DNA of 64,000 bases from Octopus sinensis (GCF_006345805.1 NC_042997.1:43400001-43464000), one strand, 5' to 3'. Shown: positions 12,944 through 25,984, counted from the stretch's first letter. Made by a program: numbers and translations. The notes: generated from the letters alone by a model not told the origin.

Positions 12944-14731
12944 CAAATAGTGTTAATGCATGCCATTTATTTTTGATTGAATAAGCAAAAGTCACAAGTG
13001 TAAAGGGCACAAATATTTCACTAGAGTTTGAATCATTATTTGTGTAAGAAATCATTATGTATGGGTGTACGTATAATTATTTTAAAATTAGGCGAAAGGA
13101 AAAGACAACAGGTCAGTTTATTTAAAGAGGGTCAACATAAATTAAAACAATTACGAAAATTAGTAATGTATATAGTCATTAGTTATACATTAGTAATACA
13201 TAGACATGCTATTGCCACCCTATGATATGAACAAGCTTAATGCTGCTAATGGTCCTTCCTAAGGCAGAATCGTTTGTCACCCATGCAAAATGCTGAGCGG
13301 AGTTTCGCTCGTTTTAACATTGTGTTCAAATTCTGTCAAGATCAACTTTGCTTTTGGATGCCGGTCAAAGTGAAAAGATCCTTGCTTTTCATTCTTTCGA
13401 GGTCGAAAAAGTAAGTACCAGTTGATCATTGTAGACAATGTAATTTTCTCTTCTCCCGAAATTGCTGGCCTTGTGCCAAAATCCGAAATCAATATTCTTT
13501 CTTTTCGTGAAAACCCTTCATAATTTAGTCTGACAATAGAATGAGAATTTGTGATGTTTTAAAGAGAAGTAGCGTCGCTTCCAACAGTCAATTAATTTGT
13601 ATTTGTAATTTAAGAATAGGTTCAGATGAAGTGCTTTTAATTAATTTTTGAGAATAAACATTACACTTCAATAGGTAAAGGCTGTAGTCTGGAAAATTCA
13701 ATTAGCCCCATGTAAAGGAAATACTCGCTTAAATCCAATCAAATTTATAAATCGAGCCTGTTCGCTCTTCTGCGAGATATAACAACCATATCTCTCGTAA
13801 ATTACACCCTAACGTCTTAAGAACACGTAAGTTCGAGAAATCCCTAAAAATAAGGGAACGATCATGGCTGGAATTCTCTAATCAGGGGTCTGCTTGTCCA
13901 GGTTTGACGTAGAGCAACCTATTATAAATCACTAATGTTAACAATGATCAATAATGGAAATATTTAAGAAAATTATTTTTTTCAAAGCTTTCAACAAGCT
14001 CAATGAATTAAGTATGTTTGAGGATGAAAATACACAGGGATATTTTAGACATTTGGCGAACACACATACACACGTTGGGATTTGTTCGTATCTTAGACCC
14101 ATGGACGCAAACTTCGCGGCTAAATTGATCTCTGAGGTTTGTGTACGCACCAACATTCAGTTTCTTTAACATGTTTCTCATAAATTCCATTTAGAAATAT
14201 GCTAGTTTCGATCGCATTCCAGTTGAATTGCATTTTAGCTTCAGAGATAGCCTCTAAGTGGTCGCTCAAACTATTAGAAAAATCAGCCAAATTTCTTTTT
14301 TTCAAATTGCACCCAAATCTTGAGAAAAAAACACAGGAGGATGTAGTCTGAAAAGAAAAGAAAAAAGATGAGATAATCACAAGTGGAAAGTCTGATTATC
14401 GATCTGTGAAATCAAAGTGAACCTGGGGTTAAATGATGTCAACATTGCAATGGAACTTGAGTAAAGTGGTTTGTTAATTAGCGATTGAAGTCTGGTGGTT
14501 GGAATGAATGAAGTCGACGTTGGCTGATGACTCATAGCAAAGGGGAGATAAATCCTCATCAAAACAAGCCAAGTCAATAATCGATGTCACATTTCTTTAG
14601 AGTCTTCGCGCACCGACTGTTTGATCTCTCTCAGCTTTGTGTCTCTCCTTTTTGCATCACACACAGACACACACCCAGAGTACGTTGACAGTTTCATTCA
14701 CTAATAATGGAAAGGGAGAAGAGTAACTTAC

Positions 14732-14885
14732 TGTTGGAAAAGTGGGGAAATGATCGAACGGCCGCCAGAAGGGTTTATAGAGAAAACAAATGATAGGAGC
14801 TGCAGTTGGCCTATAATTGTCTGGCAGCATTTGTGTGCGAATTCATTCGTGGAAACGGGAGAGATTAGTTAAAATAAACACGAAC
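14732..14885 (-). other. Candidate non-coding first exon of a minus-strand gene
   Basis: Perfect donor CAG|GTAAGT at 14732/14731 on minus, TATATAAA at 14918-14911, and a strong acceptor (tttttcttttcttttcag) at 14350-14348. Confidence 0.4.
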
Positions 14886-15921
14886 GTATGGTAGTTAGTT
14901 TGAAGACTAATTTATATATTTTGTGATTATTTCATATATGAGGCAGAACGAAGAAAATATATACGTACACACACACACACACGCAAGGACGAATCAGGGA
15001 AACTGTGAAACACAGAAAGCAAAATATATTACGGAATATAAACTTGAATTCCGTGAATTTGCGGGATACATTCCTTCGTTTAAAGACAAACAAACAAAAC
15101 AAAACGTCCACAAAGCATCCGATTCCATTCTGGTCAGGAGTTGATGTTATTGATTTTCTTTCCAGGGGTTCGTTTCTCATTGAAGGAGTCTACTTTCCAG
15201 CCACCACAAAACACATCGGATCTCCGTCAATCATTCATATCTGATCAACTATAAACGTGTAATATCGTAAAAACTTTCAAAGCCAACGACTTCTGTTTAC
15301 ATTTATAATCATTGATAATCGATACATGAGCGGGTGTGGTTCTCTGATAATTCAATTAATTTAACGAAGCCTTCTCGTGGTGCGGACGACGACAACCACC
15401 GCCTGCTGTTAATTGCACAACTCAGCCGAGATATTTCATGAAGAAAAGCCACAGGTGATAAATCTCCTTATTTCATTGCTATCTTTCTTTTCTAAATACA
15501 TTTTCAGCCTTTTGATCCTGTTATGTTTCTAGGTAGACTCAGCAATTACGTGTTTTACTGAAAACTTAACTACACTTGGTTTAATTTCTATTTATCTATT
15601 TATCATAGTATCAATTATATTACTGAAAGTATCAACGATTTACCTGTAAGGTATAAATGACTTAATCTCATAGACGTACGAACTAATTCAATTAATATTC
15701 ATAAGGCTTCACGCTCGCCCTCGAAATAACATCACAGAGTAAAGAACTCGCTTCAATGTTTAATATAGTTTCCATTTATTTCGTTCGTACCATTGCAAAC
15801 ACACACACACACACGATCTATCTATCTCTATATAGATATGTGTGTATTCATAATATAGGTGTATATGTGTATAATACTCATTTATATGTAAGTACATATA
15901 TAACGTTTCGGTATTAGTACA

Positions 15922-15982
15922 TGACGTCAGTCATGAGTTGTCAAACTGAAAGACAATGTCCACACATTCACTCTTGACGTCA
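15922..15982. promoter_or_regulatory. Two perfect CRE palindromes (TGACGTCA at 15922-15929 and 15975-15982)
   Basis: Exact matches 53 bp apart beside the putative promoter region. Confidence 0.4.
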
Positions 15983-16035
15983 TAGACTTTTACCGAAAGA
16001 TTGCCCTCCCACACACTCACATCTAAATATGTACC

Positions 16036-16067
<32 letters not shown>

Positions 16068-16141
16068 ATATATGTATGTATGTATGTGTTCATATTAAGT
16101 AATGGGGATCAAAATATTCCTGGCAGTGATCTTCATAGTTG

Positions 16142-17281
16142 CATAACTACAGATTTCTGCTCTTCCACAACTTTGGATGATCATAACTTTCAGAAAAATG
16201 GATATTTTTTAATGAAATTTACTACGAATATGTGTTACATCATGTATATTCCGAATATACAAAACTTTTGGGGACAGTCTTTTAGGAGGCGTGGGGTGGG
16301 AAATTTCAGAAAATTTCCCGGAGTCCACTTCAGTTCGTCTTAACTTTTAAGAAAATGAATATTTCTTAATGAAATTCTCTACGAATATACCTCGGACTAT
16401 GTAGATTCCGTGGACTTAGGAATTTTGTGGGAAAACAATTGGGGGTTATATTTTAGAACTGTTTCCCACTCAGGGTTGTTTCGGAACAAGTCGTCCATAT
16501 TTGTTTCATTTTCTCCGTTTTTTTTTGTGCGTTTGTGCATCCGTAGATTTCTACTGAAGCAACAAACAGGCAAATGAAGCCCTCACCAGAAAACTCGTTA
16601 TGCTAAACATAACAGCTAAAGGTCTGCTACACAGAAATATGTTATTGAGACGAATTATCTGTTGCATACGATTTCTTTTCTCTTTAAGTAAATTCCCAAG
16701 TAAACGTTTCTAATAGAAAGGCAGAAGACACCAGAAGCAAAAATCAGGAATATACACACACAATTAAATATACAAGTGTAAAGTATAATTCGTTACATAA
16801 TCTCTATAATAAACATTGAATGGAATAATTCCCCGTTTGAACTTTTTTTAATTACATGTGTGTGTGTGTGTGTGGTAGAAATCTACGGATGCACAAAAGC
16901 ACAAAACGGAGAAAATGAAACAAATATGGACGACTTGTTCCGAAACACCTCCGATTGGGGAACGGTTCTCAAAAATAGCCCCAAATTGTTTTCCCACAAA
17001 ATTCCTATGTCCTCAGAATCTTCGTAGTTCGAGGTATGTTTGTAGAGGATTTCTTTAAAATATCCATTTTCTTGAAAGTTAAGACGAATTGAAGTGGGCT
17101 CCAGTGAATTTTCCGAAATTCCCCCACCCCAACCCTCCTAAAATACTTTTATCCCAAAGTTTTGTATATTCGGAATGTACATATATAACGCATATTCGCA
17201 GAAAATTTCATTTAAATATATCTATTTTTCTGAAAGTTATGATCATCTAAAGTCGGGTGGGGGCAGAAATCTGTAGTTATG
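16142..17281. repeat. Diverged ~410-bp inverted repeat: two tail-to-tail copies of a Helitron/Helentron-like non-autonomous element
   Basis: 16142-16554 versus 16875-17281. Each arm has internal subrepeats (taactttcagaaaaatggatatttt) and ends in gcatccgtagatttctac. The element class is an inference. Confidence 0.8.
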
Positions 17282-17400
17282 TCCGTGGTAGTACCCAACC
17301 ATATATAACTAAGGTAACGGGGTTCTCAAAAAGAAAATGAATACTTCTAATTAGTTACTTGGTCAATATCACAGTCAGTGCTATATATATATATATATAT

Positions 17401-17709
17401 CATTGTTTGATTTCACTTTTTCGATATCAGTGTCAATCGACACCGGAAATAGTATATGTATTTGTGAGGGAAACTGAATTCTTGTCGACAACTGTGATTG
17501 TCACACGCTGATGATAGGTAAACACCTTGAAACTCGAGTCCGTGTGTATCATGGGTTGAAGACGGGAAGGATGACTTCCCTTCACAAATACTGATAGGGC
17601 ACAGATAGTGTGTCTATAGCCAGCTGGAAGAGGTATCTTCCTGGGGCTACAAACTACAGTAGCATCCACCCTTAGGGATTAGCCATATTCAAATGGCAAA
17701 TATGCGTCA

Positions 17710-17712
<3 letters not shown>
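17401..17712 (+). mobile_element. ~310-nt structured, hammerhead-containing unit bounded by (TA)n (retrozyme-like or Penelope pLTR-like)
   Basis: (TA)n on both sides, GC/CpG richer than the flanks, many hairpins, and an outer stem (17458-17472 with 17576-17591) enclosing the ribozyme. Confidence 0.6.
17502..17546 (+). ncRNA. Type I minimal hammerhead ribozyme, intact core, predicted cleavage 3' of C17540
   Basis: CACACG-CUGAUGA-U-AGGU(AAAC)ACCU-U-GAAA-CUCGAG-UC-CGUGUG. Perfect 6-bp stem I, conserved CUGANGA and GAAA boxes, 4-bp stem II, palindromic stem III (ACUCGAGU), GUC triplet. Confidence 0.85.
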
Positions 17713-17752
<40 letters not shown>

Positions 17753-18221
17753 GATTAATTAAAGTAGCACAAATTTATTATATATTACAATTGTTTCTGT
17801 ACCATTTTGTTTCTAACCAGACTGTATGCAAATGATTCCGTGTGAAAAGTTATGTAGTATGTATGGTATTGAAGTGACACTTCATCAGACTGGTATCAGG
17901 TCCTGCCTTTTTGTATTGTGCAAATACACACACACGCACTATTGTCATCACTGGTTCATTCATCTCTGCTTTGGAATGACACTGTATGCTCCATTGTGAA
18001 TCACGTTACCCCCCTGTTATCAATTGATCTGTGAGAACAGGGGTCAGCCAACAAAGAATGCTTCGTTTACAAAACTGTGCTGCAGCAGTCATCCACAGTG
18101 ATTAGCTACCCAGAAGCACTGGTTATCACTCTTATTTATATCCTCGTGCTCTTATTTACTGATCATATGTTGTTCACTTTTACTCTAAATATTGTTCCAA
18201 CCATGAAACAATATCATTATA

Positions 18222-18560
18222 TACTCTTTTACTTGTTTCAGTCAGTTGACTGCGGCCATGCTGGAGCACCACCTTTAGTCGAGCAACTCGACCCCGGGAC
18301 TTATTCTTTGTAAGCCCAGTACTTATTCTATCGGTCTCTTTTGCCGAACCGCTAAGTGACGGGGACGTAAACACATACCAGCATCGGGGGGACAAACACA
18401 CACACACATACATATATATATATACATATATACGACGGGCTTCTTTCAGTTTCCGTCTACCAAATCCACTCACAAGGCATTGGTCGGCCCGAGGCTATAG
18501 TAGAAGACACTTGCCCAAGGTGCCACGCAGTGGGACTGGACCCGGAACCATGTGGTTGGT
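18222..18560 (-). mobile_element. SINE family A
   Basis: Reverse-complement homology to 908-1320. Confidence 0.88.
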
Positions 18561-19389
18561 ATGTGTTTAAAAACTGTTTGGAGGTGTTATTTGGATAAGT
18601 TAGTGGAGATAATGTAGGGTCTTGGTATAAACCATATTTTCCCCATGTGTTTTATTTATCACTGTTTCACTTAACCAAACACTTGTGATAAAATGACGAC
18701 AAATGTATAACATATTTATTCATAGTTATATATATGTTATGTATGTATATTTTTTAATTGGGAGAAGGCAATCCATGGTCCATGGCCCTGTTTACATACA
18801 CAACCCACCCATACTCACCCCTGTTGTTTCCTCCCACTCTCCATTCTCCCACATGTGTTCACCTTCCTACTGCACACGATATGCCCCTGTTAAATCCCTT
18901 CCCCTCCCACTTTCTAACCCCCATACTCCTTTCAAAAACTTGTGAACTCACCCACCTATCGGTCCCTTTCCAATCTCTGGTCCATTTCACTCCACACACA
19001 CCACCTTATAACTTGGCTGTATGGTCCCTGGTCCCTACCCCACTCTCACATCTTCACCATCTTTCTCTCTCTCTCTTCCCCATCTGAGGTAGCCATGTGT
19101 CTCTTCGAATGCAAGACATCTTTCTGTCCCTTAATATACTCCCTCTCACTTGAAGGGGTCTTGTCCTGCAAGTTACTTAGTGACCTCACTGCAGCTAGTG
19201 TTGTGTAAAAAAGCATGCAGTACCCTCTGTAATGTGGTTGGCATCCAGCTGTAGAAACCATTCCACTACAGACAACAGAGCTTGGTAAAGTCTTCTGATT
19301 TGCCTGTTCCTGTCAAACCACCTACCCCATGCCAGCATCGAAAATGAACATTAAATGATGATGATGATTACACACACACACACACACAC

Positions 19390-19625
19390 ATCATCATCAT
19401 TGTTCGACCGTGGTCGAGACAATGGAATTTACTATGTTACGCCAGACTTCACGGTCCATCATGGCATTATGGAGGTCCTGTTGCTGGATGCCTGTATCCC
19501 TGGAGATTACATCAGGGTAGGAGAGTGTGCGCCCTCTGGTATTGCGAGTAGATGGCTTCCAGAGGAGAAGAGTAGAAATTACTTCTTTTTCAGCTCTACA
19601 ACAATGGACTCTCCTACCTTTCACA
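19390..19625 (-). mobile_element. RTE-like LINE 3' fragment with (TGA)n tail
   Basis: LLLWKPSTRNTRGRTLSYPDVISRDTG...AMMDREVWR, stop, then tgatga repeats. A second copy lies at 30900-31108. Confidence 0.75.
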
Positions 19626-19679
19626 AGAGATGACACAGGTTGTAGTTTCCCATATATTTGCATTTTGGTTGGATGGCGC

Positions 19680-19729
<50 letters not shown>

Positions 19730-20334
19730 CTACTAATCTACTAGCTTAAAAGCAGCAATCCATGTGAATTTCTTGGCTACCTCCTGCAGAGGGCTAATTG
19801 GGCCTGCTGCTCAAAATTAAAGACAGCTAAATAGCATAATTATAATACGTTTATTATGACTGTATGCCCTGGTGGTGTTTGATCAGAGGTTTAGGGTGGA
19901 TGAAATTAATTCTGTCATGCAATCATTCTGTAGTTCCAGTCCCAAGTTGAATTCCGACTGTTGGCCAATTTGTCCCAAGGTTCTTATCTCTTATGAAAAA
20001 TTAATGAAGTTAGGGTCATTCATCTCACCCTTGATCCCTGCTGTCATCTGACAAACGCCAACCAAGATGGTGTGAATCAGCCAAGCTTTACCTGCTAGAA
20101 ATAGCAACCCAAATGCTTTTAAATCACATCCCAATGCTGGATGTTCAAAACCAAATGAAGGGCAACTTTCAATCCTGGGTTCATCCTGATTCCAAAAAGG
20201 TATAATATGTCAATGTAGAACAAATGTTACTGAGATACAGGGGTCCCAGACAGACAGAATTTCACGTTTATTATTATTATATACACACACACATATATAT
20301 ACACACATATATACATATATATATATATATATAT

Positions 20335-20825
20335 GGTGGCTGCCCCCTCGTTATCGAGTATGGCCATTGCACGAAGCTTAATGTTGTTATCGTGCAATGC
20401 CTGTGCAAGAAGATTTTTTTTAAAGTGAGGAAAGGCTGTGCACTGAGTCAATCCCACTCACTAAGCAACATCAGCCATAATCCGAAAAGAAGTACAAGTC
20501 AACATCATCGGTAACCACTGGTTTTATGTCGGAGTCATCCCAGTTACCTGAGTTACCTTCTCCTTGAAGGATGCCCTAACAAAGGCTAGGAGTCCTTCAC
20601 TCCCAATGGTTTAACCGTGCGATCGGGTATTCAGTCCGATTATTTCTATGTCCCCGCGCATGATACATCCTTAAAACATTTATTGGATGGCCGTTGACTC
20701 TCAAAAGTTCCTCCGCTCTTTGACGGGTTTTGTTTTTCATCCCACAGGGTGTCCAATAAACACCTTCCTCACCAAGCAAGCCTGGTGGGGTTGCCAGTTT
20801 AGACGCTGATGACCCAACCATGCAA
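20335..20825 (-). mobile_element. GC-richer insert between (TA)n tracts, probable RTE-type LINE 5' region
   Basis: Composition shift and (TA)n on both sides; resembles RTE 5'UTRs from memory. No diagnostic ORF. Confidence 0.4.
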
Positions 20826-20870
20826 TATCTATCTATCTATATATATATATATATATCTATATATATACAC

Positions 20871-20929
<59 letters not shown>

Positions 20930-21291
20930 ATTTGTGTGTCTATGTTTGTCCCTCCACCATTGTTTGACATCCCCGTCACTTAGCGGTTCGGCAAAAGAGA
21001 CCGATAGAATAAGTACTAGGCTTACAAAGAATAAGTCCTGGGGTCAGTTTGTTTGGCTAAAGGCAGTGCTCCAGCATGGTCGGAGTCAAATGACTGAAAC
21101 AAGTAAAAGAAATTAAAAGAAATACACACACACACACACGTGTCTGACACGCTGAGCTATGGCTACAAACGATGACATATGAGTTTGTGTGTCTGTATAC
21201 ATATAAAATACACACACATACATGTCTGTATTTACACGCACACATACATACACGTGTGTGTGTGTGTATATGTATATATACACTTTGTAGT

Positions 21292-21675
21292 GGAGGCGCA
21301 ATGGCCCAGTGGTTAGGGCAGCGGACTCGCAGTTGTAGGATCGCGGTTTCGATTCCCAGACCGGGCGTTGTGAGTGTTTATTGAGCGAAAACACCTAAAA
21401 GCTCCACGAGGCTCTGGCAGGGGGATAGTGGTGATCCCTGCTGTACTCTTTCACCACAACTTTCTCTCATTCTTACTTCCTGTTTCTGTTGTACCTGTAT
21501 TTCAAAGGGCCGGCCTTGTCACTCTCTGTGTCACGCTGTATATCCCCGAGAACTATGTTAAGGGTGCACGTGTCTGTGGAGTGCTCAGCCACTTACACGT
21601 TAATATCACGAGCAGGCTGTTCCGTTGATTCGGATCGACCGGAACCCTCATCGTCGTAACCGACGGAGTGCTTCC
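21292..21675 (+). mobile_element. tRNA-derived SINE family B
   Basis: Homology to 9660-10041. Confidence 0.88.
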
Positions 21676-22551
21676 CACATATGTATATATACGCTGTGTG
21701 ATAATGACAGCCATTTTATAACTATCACACACTGTCAAGATAAGGAGACAAATACAGACAGACAGTCACCTGTACATGCAGACATATAAGCAAACTTTGA
21801 AGTGGCCAGTGAGTTGCTTCCGACAATCAAATCCTCTGCCTTCCACAAGGGCTCAGTCCCATTAAGCTAAGTGACCTCTGACAACAGATACTGTCTTTTA
21901 TAATCCTTTCTACTCTAGGCACAAGGCCTGAAATATGAGGGAGGAGGGATAAGTTGATTACATCGACTCCAGTGCATAACTGGTATCTATTTCATCGACC
22001 CAGAAAGGATGAAAGGCAAAGTCAACCTTGGCAGAATTTGAACTCAGAATGTGAAGACATGAAATACCTATTTCTTAATTACCCACAAGGGGCTAAACAC
22101 AGAGAGGACAAACAAGGACAGACATAGGTATTAAGTCGATTCCATCGACCCCAGTGCGTAACTGGTACTTAATTTATCGACCCCGAAAGGATGAAAGGCA
22201 AAGTCGACCTCGGTGGAATTTGAACTCAGAATGTGAAGACATGAAATACCACTAAGCATTTCACCCAGCGTGCTAACGATTCTGCCAGCTCGTCTTTTAT
22301 AAGGCTAAATAATAGCTATTGGAATGTAAGACCATTTTTATAAAATAACTATATCTCTTTTTCTAGTGCCATTCCAGTCAGGCTCTCCCCATCTACATAT
22401 TGCATGAGGAGTTGGGTTAACCCTAAATCTTCTATTCTGTCCACAGTCCCTCTTTTCACTCTGTGATTCAGTCTCACAAATACCTGAAACATCTCTCTCC
22501 CCTTTTTATTACTCATTTCCCTAATACAGCCTGTTAGTTTCTCCACTAATA

Positions 22552-22786
22552 CCTATTTCTTTATTACCCACAAGGGGCTAAAGACAGAGGGGACAAACAA
22601 GGACAGACATAGGTATTAAGTCGATTACATCGACCCCAGTGCGTAACTGGTACTTAATTTATCGACCCCGAAAGGATGAAAGGTAAAGTCGACCTCGGCG
22701 GAATTTGAACTCAGGACGTAATGACAGACGAAATACGGCTACGCATTTCGCCCGGCGTGCTAACGTTTCTGCCAGCTCGCCGCCTT
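22552..22786 (-). mobile_element. tRNA-derived SINE family C (Meta-domain-like), full length
   Basis: Head GGCGGCGAGCTGGCAGAAACGTTAG, B box GAGTTCAAATTCC, central cctttcatcctttcggggtcgataaattaagtaccag. Other copies at 13265-13495, 21905-22293, 40622-40855, 45965-46175, 48685-48860, 50110-50285, 50882-51090, 51100-52045 (split by the CR1), 52112-52265 and 55295-55430. Confidence 0.85.
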
Positions 22787-23122
22787 TTCTCCACTAATAC
22801 CCTCTGCCAAAAGTAAACCTGTTTCTCACATCATCCTTGAACTCCTTAGACTCTTGCCTAAAGTCTGCACCAATTTTCTCATTCTCACTCTATGTCTGAC
22901 TCTGAAACTCTTAGGCAGGGTATCTAGCTGGGGAAACCACATGAAAACTGACAATTAGAGCCTGATTAGTATCCTGTCAGACTGTTCAGTCCATGCCAGC
23001 ATGGAATAGAGATATAAAATTATGATGGTGATTAAATGAATGAATGTATGTGTGTATGTATACATAATTGTGTATGTACACATGTTTATCTACATACATA
23101 TACGATTATATGTATACCTATA

Positions 23123-23527
23123 CGTAGGAGTGGCTGTATGGTAAGTAGCTTGTTACCAACCACATGGTTCTGGGTTCAGTCCCACTGCGTGGCACCTTGG
23201 GCAGGTGTCTTCTGCTATAGCCGCGGGCCGACCAAAGCCTTGTGAGTGGATTTGGTAGATGGAAACTGAAAGAAGCCCGTCGTATATATATATATATATA
23301 TATATGCGTGTGTGTGTTTGTGTGTCTGTGTGTGTCCCCCTAGCATTGCTTGACAACCGATGCTGGTGTGTTTATGTCCCCGTTACTTAGCGGTTCGGCA
23401 AAAGAGACCGATAGAATAAGTACTGGGCTTACAAAAGAATAAGTCCCGTGGTTGAGTTGCTCGACTAAAGGCAGTGCTCCAGCATGGCCGCAGTCAAATG
23501 ACTGAAACAAGTAAAAGAGTAAAAGAG
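23123..23527 (+). mobile_element. SINE family A
   Basis: Homology to 908-1320. Confidence 0.9.
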
Positions 23528-23713
23528 ATATATAAATTTGTGTGTGTGTGTGTGTATACGGAAATACACACACACACACAGACACAATATCATCCTCTTC
23601 ATTTCAAAATCTGTTCTTCCATGTTTGTATTTGTATTGGCCAACTGAAACTATATACACTCTCTCTCATTCTCTCTCTATATGTGTGTATGCATGTAAAG
23701 ATATGCATATGTA

Positions 23714-23744
<31 letters not shown>

Positions 23745-24379
23745 GTGTGTGTGTGTGAGTGTGTGATCATCATCATTGTTTGATGATGACACGTGTGTGT
23801 GCGCGTGTGTGTATGATACAGATGTATTTATATAGCTCAGTATGTAAAGAATATATTTTATATAGCTCAGTATGTAAAGAATATATAAACACATTATATA
23901 CAACTATATATATATATATATCTGTATACATGTTTGTATGTGTCATTCATAAGGAATGGAGTTGAGTCATCAATCGTACACACTCACACCACACCAAGTC
24001 AGAGTTGGGTCAGAAATCAATTCATTGCATTACACAAAGGCGATTATTTAGTTATATTCTGTCACTGTATTTTCTCTACTGCAATATAATCTTCGTTTCT
24101 TTGTATTGCTGAAAGAAATTACTATATTTCATTCTAAAGACATAGAATTGTTTGGATCTCAGTATTATGGTATTGCATTGCAGGCTATTCACTGCACCAA
24201 GATCACATTCAGCCAGCAACATGTCACCTCTCGGCTGTTAAGAATTGTTTCGGTAGCAATGAAAAAAAAAAAAAAAAGATAGAAAGAAAGAAAGAATGAA
24301 AAGACATTTCCTGTGGTAGTTTCTCTACTTGGACATAACACAGTTCACTGAGTCTAATTATGTTGTTGACTATATTAGG

Positions 24380-24429
<50 letters not shown>

Positions 24430-24551
24430 CCGGTAGCTGACACTTTAATGCGTTGCCAAAAACTCTTCCAGCATTGAAACCCGCTGGAAAATGTCCTGCT
24501 ATGTTAAAGTTCTTCTCTCAACATCTGTACTAGCTTACTGCAGGTGTTCAA

Positions 24552-25190
24552 CCCTTTAACATTCCGATTACTCTGTCAAATGCAAAGTTCATTTATTTAC
24601 ACTCTCTTTACTTTTTTACTCTTTTACTTGTTTCAGTCATTTGACTGCGGCCATGCTGGAGCACCGCCTTTAGTTGAGCAACTCGATCCCGGGACTTATT
24701 CTTTTGTAAGCCCAGTACTTATTCTATCGGTCTCTTTTGCCGAACCGCTAAGTAACGGGGACGTAAACACACCAGCATCGATTGTCAAGCAATGCTAGGG
24801 GGACAAACACAGACACACAAACACACACACGCATATATATATATATATACATATATACGACAGGCTTCTTTCAGTTTCTGCCTACCAAATCCACTCACAA
24901 GGCATTAGTCAGCCCGCGGCTATAGCAGAAGACACTTGCCCAAGGTGCCACGCAGTGGGACTGAACCCGGAACCATGTGGTTGGTTAGCAAGCTACTTAC
25001 CACACAGCCACTCCTGCACCTGTTTAGAATTATTCATGCGTTATCTTGTAACTTTGAGATTTTGATAGTGTGACTGTTTAGTTTTAGAATGACATTGTCG
25101 GGTAGGTGTAAGAAGCAGGAACTGGCCAGTTTCTACCTAAAACAGGTAGAATTTCTTGACCAGATATTGGTAGTCAAAATGTTTAGGGGG
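24552..25190. mobile_element. piggyBac-like MITE (same family as 29124-29334) interrupted by a SINE
   Basis: CCCTTTAAC start. The homologous body resumes at ~25021 after the SINE. Confidence 0.6.
24601..25020 (-). mobile_element. SINE family A
   Basis: Reverse-complement homology to 908-1320. Confidence 0.9.
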
Positions 25191-25279
25191 TAATCTATAT
25201 GCCCCGATTCTAAATTTGAATATACAAATGCTTGTAAACAGATCTGTGTATGTGTGTGTGTGTGTGTATTTGTGTAGAG

Positions 25280-25911
25280 CAGTGGTTCCTAGCCATTTTT
25301 TTTACCTATGATCCCTTTAGAAATCTATTTTATTCAGGTGAACCCTTGTAGCCATTTAGTGTTTTAAAATTCCTACTACATTTTTGTAATGAAACTAGCA
25401 GTATCGCCCGGCGTTGCTCAGGTTTGTAAGGGAAATAACTATATAAGCATTTTTAGAGATGTAAAGTATAATAGCCATCTCAATATGGCTAATCACAAAG
25501 GGGGGAGGGTGTTACTGTAGCTTTTTACGTTCTGAGATTTAATAATACATTTTTAGAGAGTTACTTCCCTTATATATGCCAAAAATGCATTAAAAATGAG
25601 AAAAATTGATGGTAAATTTTTTTTAAATCGTAGACTCATCGTAGACGCGCGCTAATACCCAGAAGGGCTCGATATGAATCACGACTATAATATACCCGGT
25701 TTTGGTTAAACTGCACTGCAAAATGTGGGAGTAGTTAGGAATCTAAATCGTTGGAGACAGACAGCACACAACCTCACTTTTATATATATAGATATCATTA
25801 GGAATTTTATTAAAAGAAATTGTTGAAATATTTTGTGTCTTGTAGAAGTACAAGCAATTTATGGCAGATAAATTTTAACAACATCTTATGGAGCCCTGTT
25901 GAGAACCAAGG
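25280..25911. mobile_element. hAT (Charlie-like) MITE interrupted by the Helitron
   Basis: TIRs CAGTGGTTCC... and ...AGAACCAAGG; 8-bp target duplication gtgtagag/atgtagag (7/8 match). Confidence 0.65.
25395..25792 (-). mobile_element. Non-autonomous Helitron (398 bp)
   Basis: Minus strand A|TC...CTAG|T termini, subterminal hairpin (cctgagcaacgccggg), no TSD. Homologous to 43747-44143. Confidence 0.88.
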
Positions 25912-25984
25912 ATGTAGAGTTTTCAAGAATCACGGCACAACCACACATCCTCTGAATAATATTTTGAAAGAATATTATTGAATG

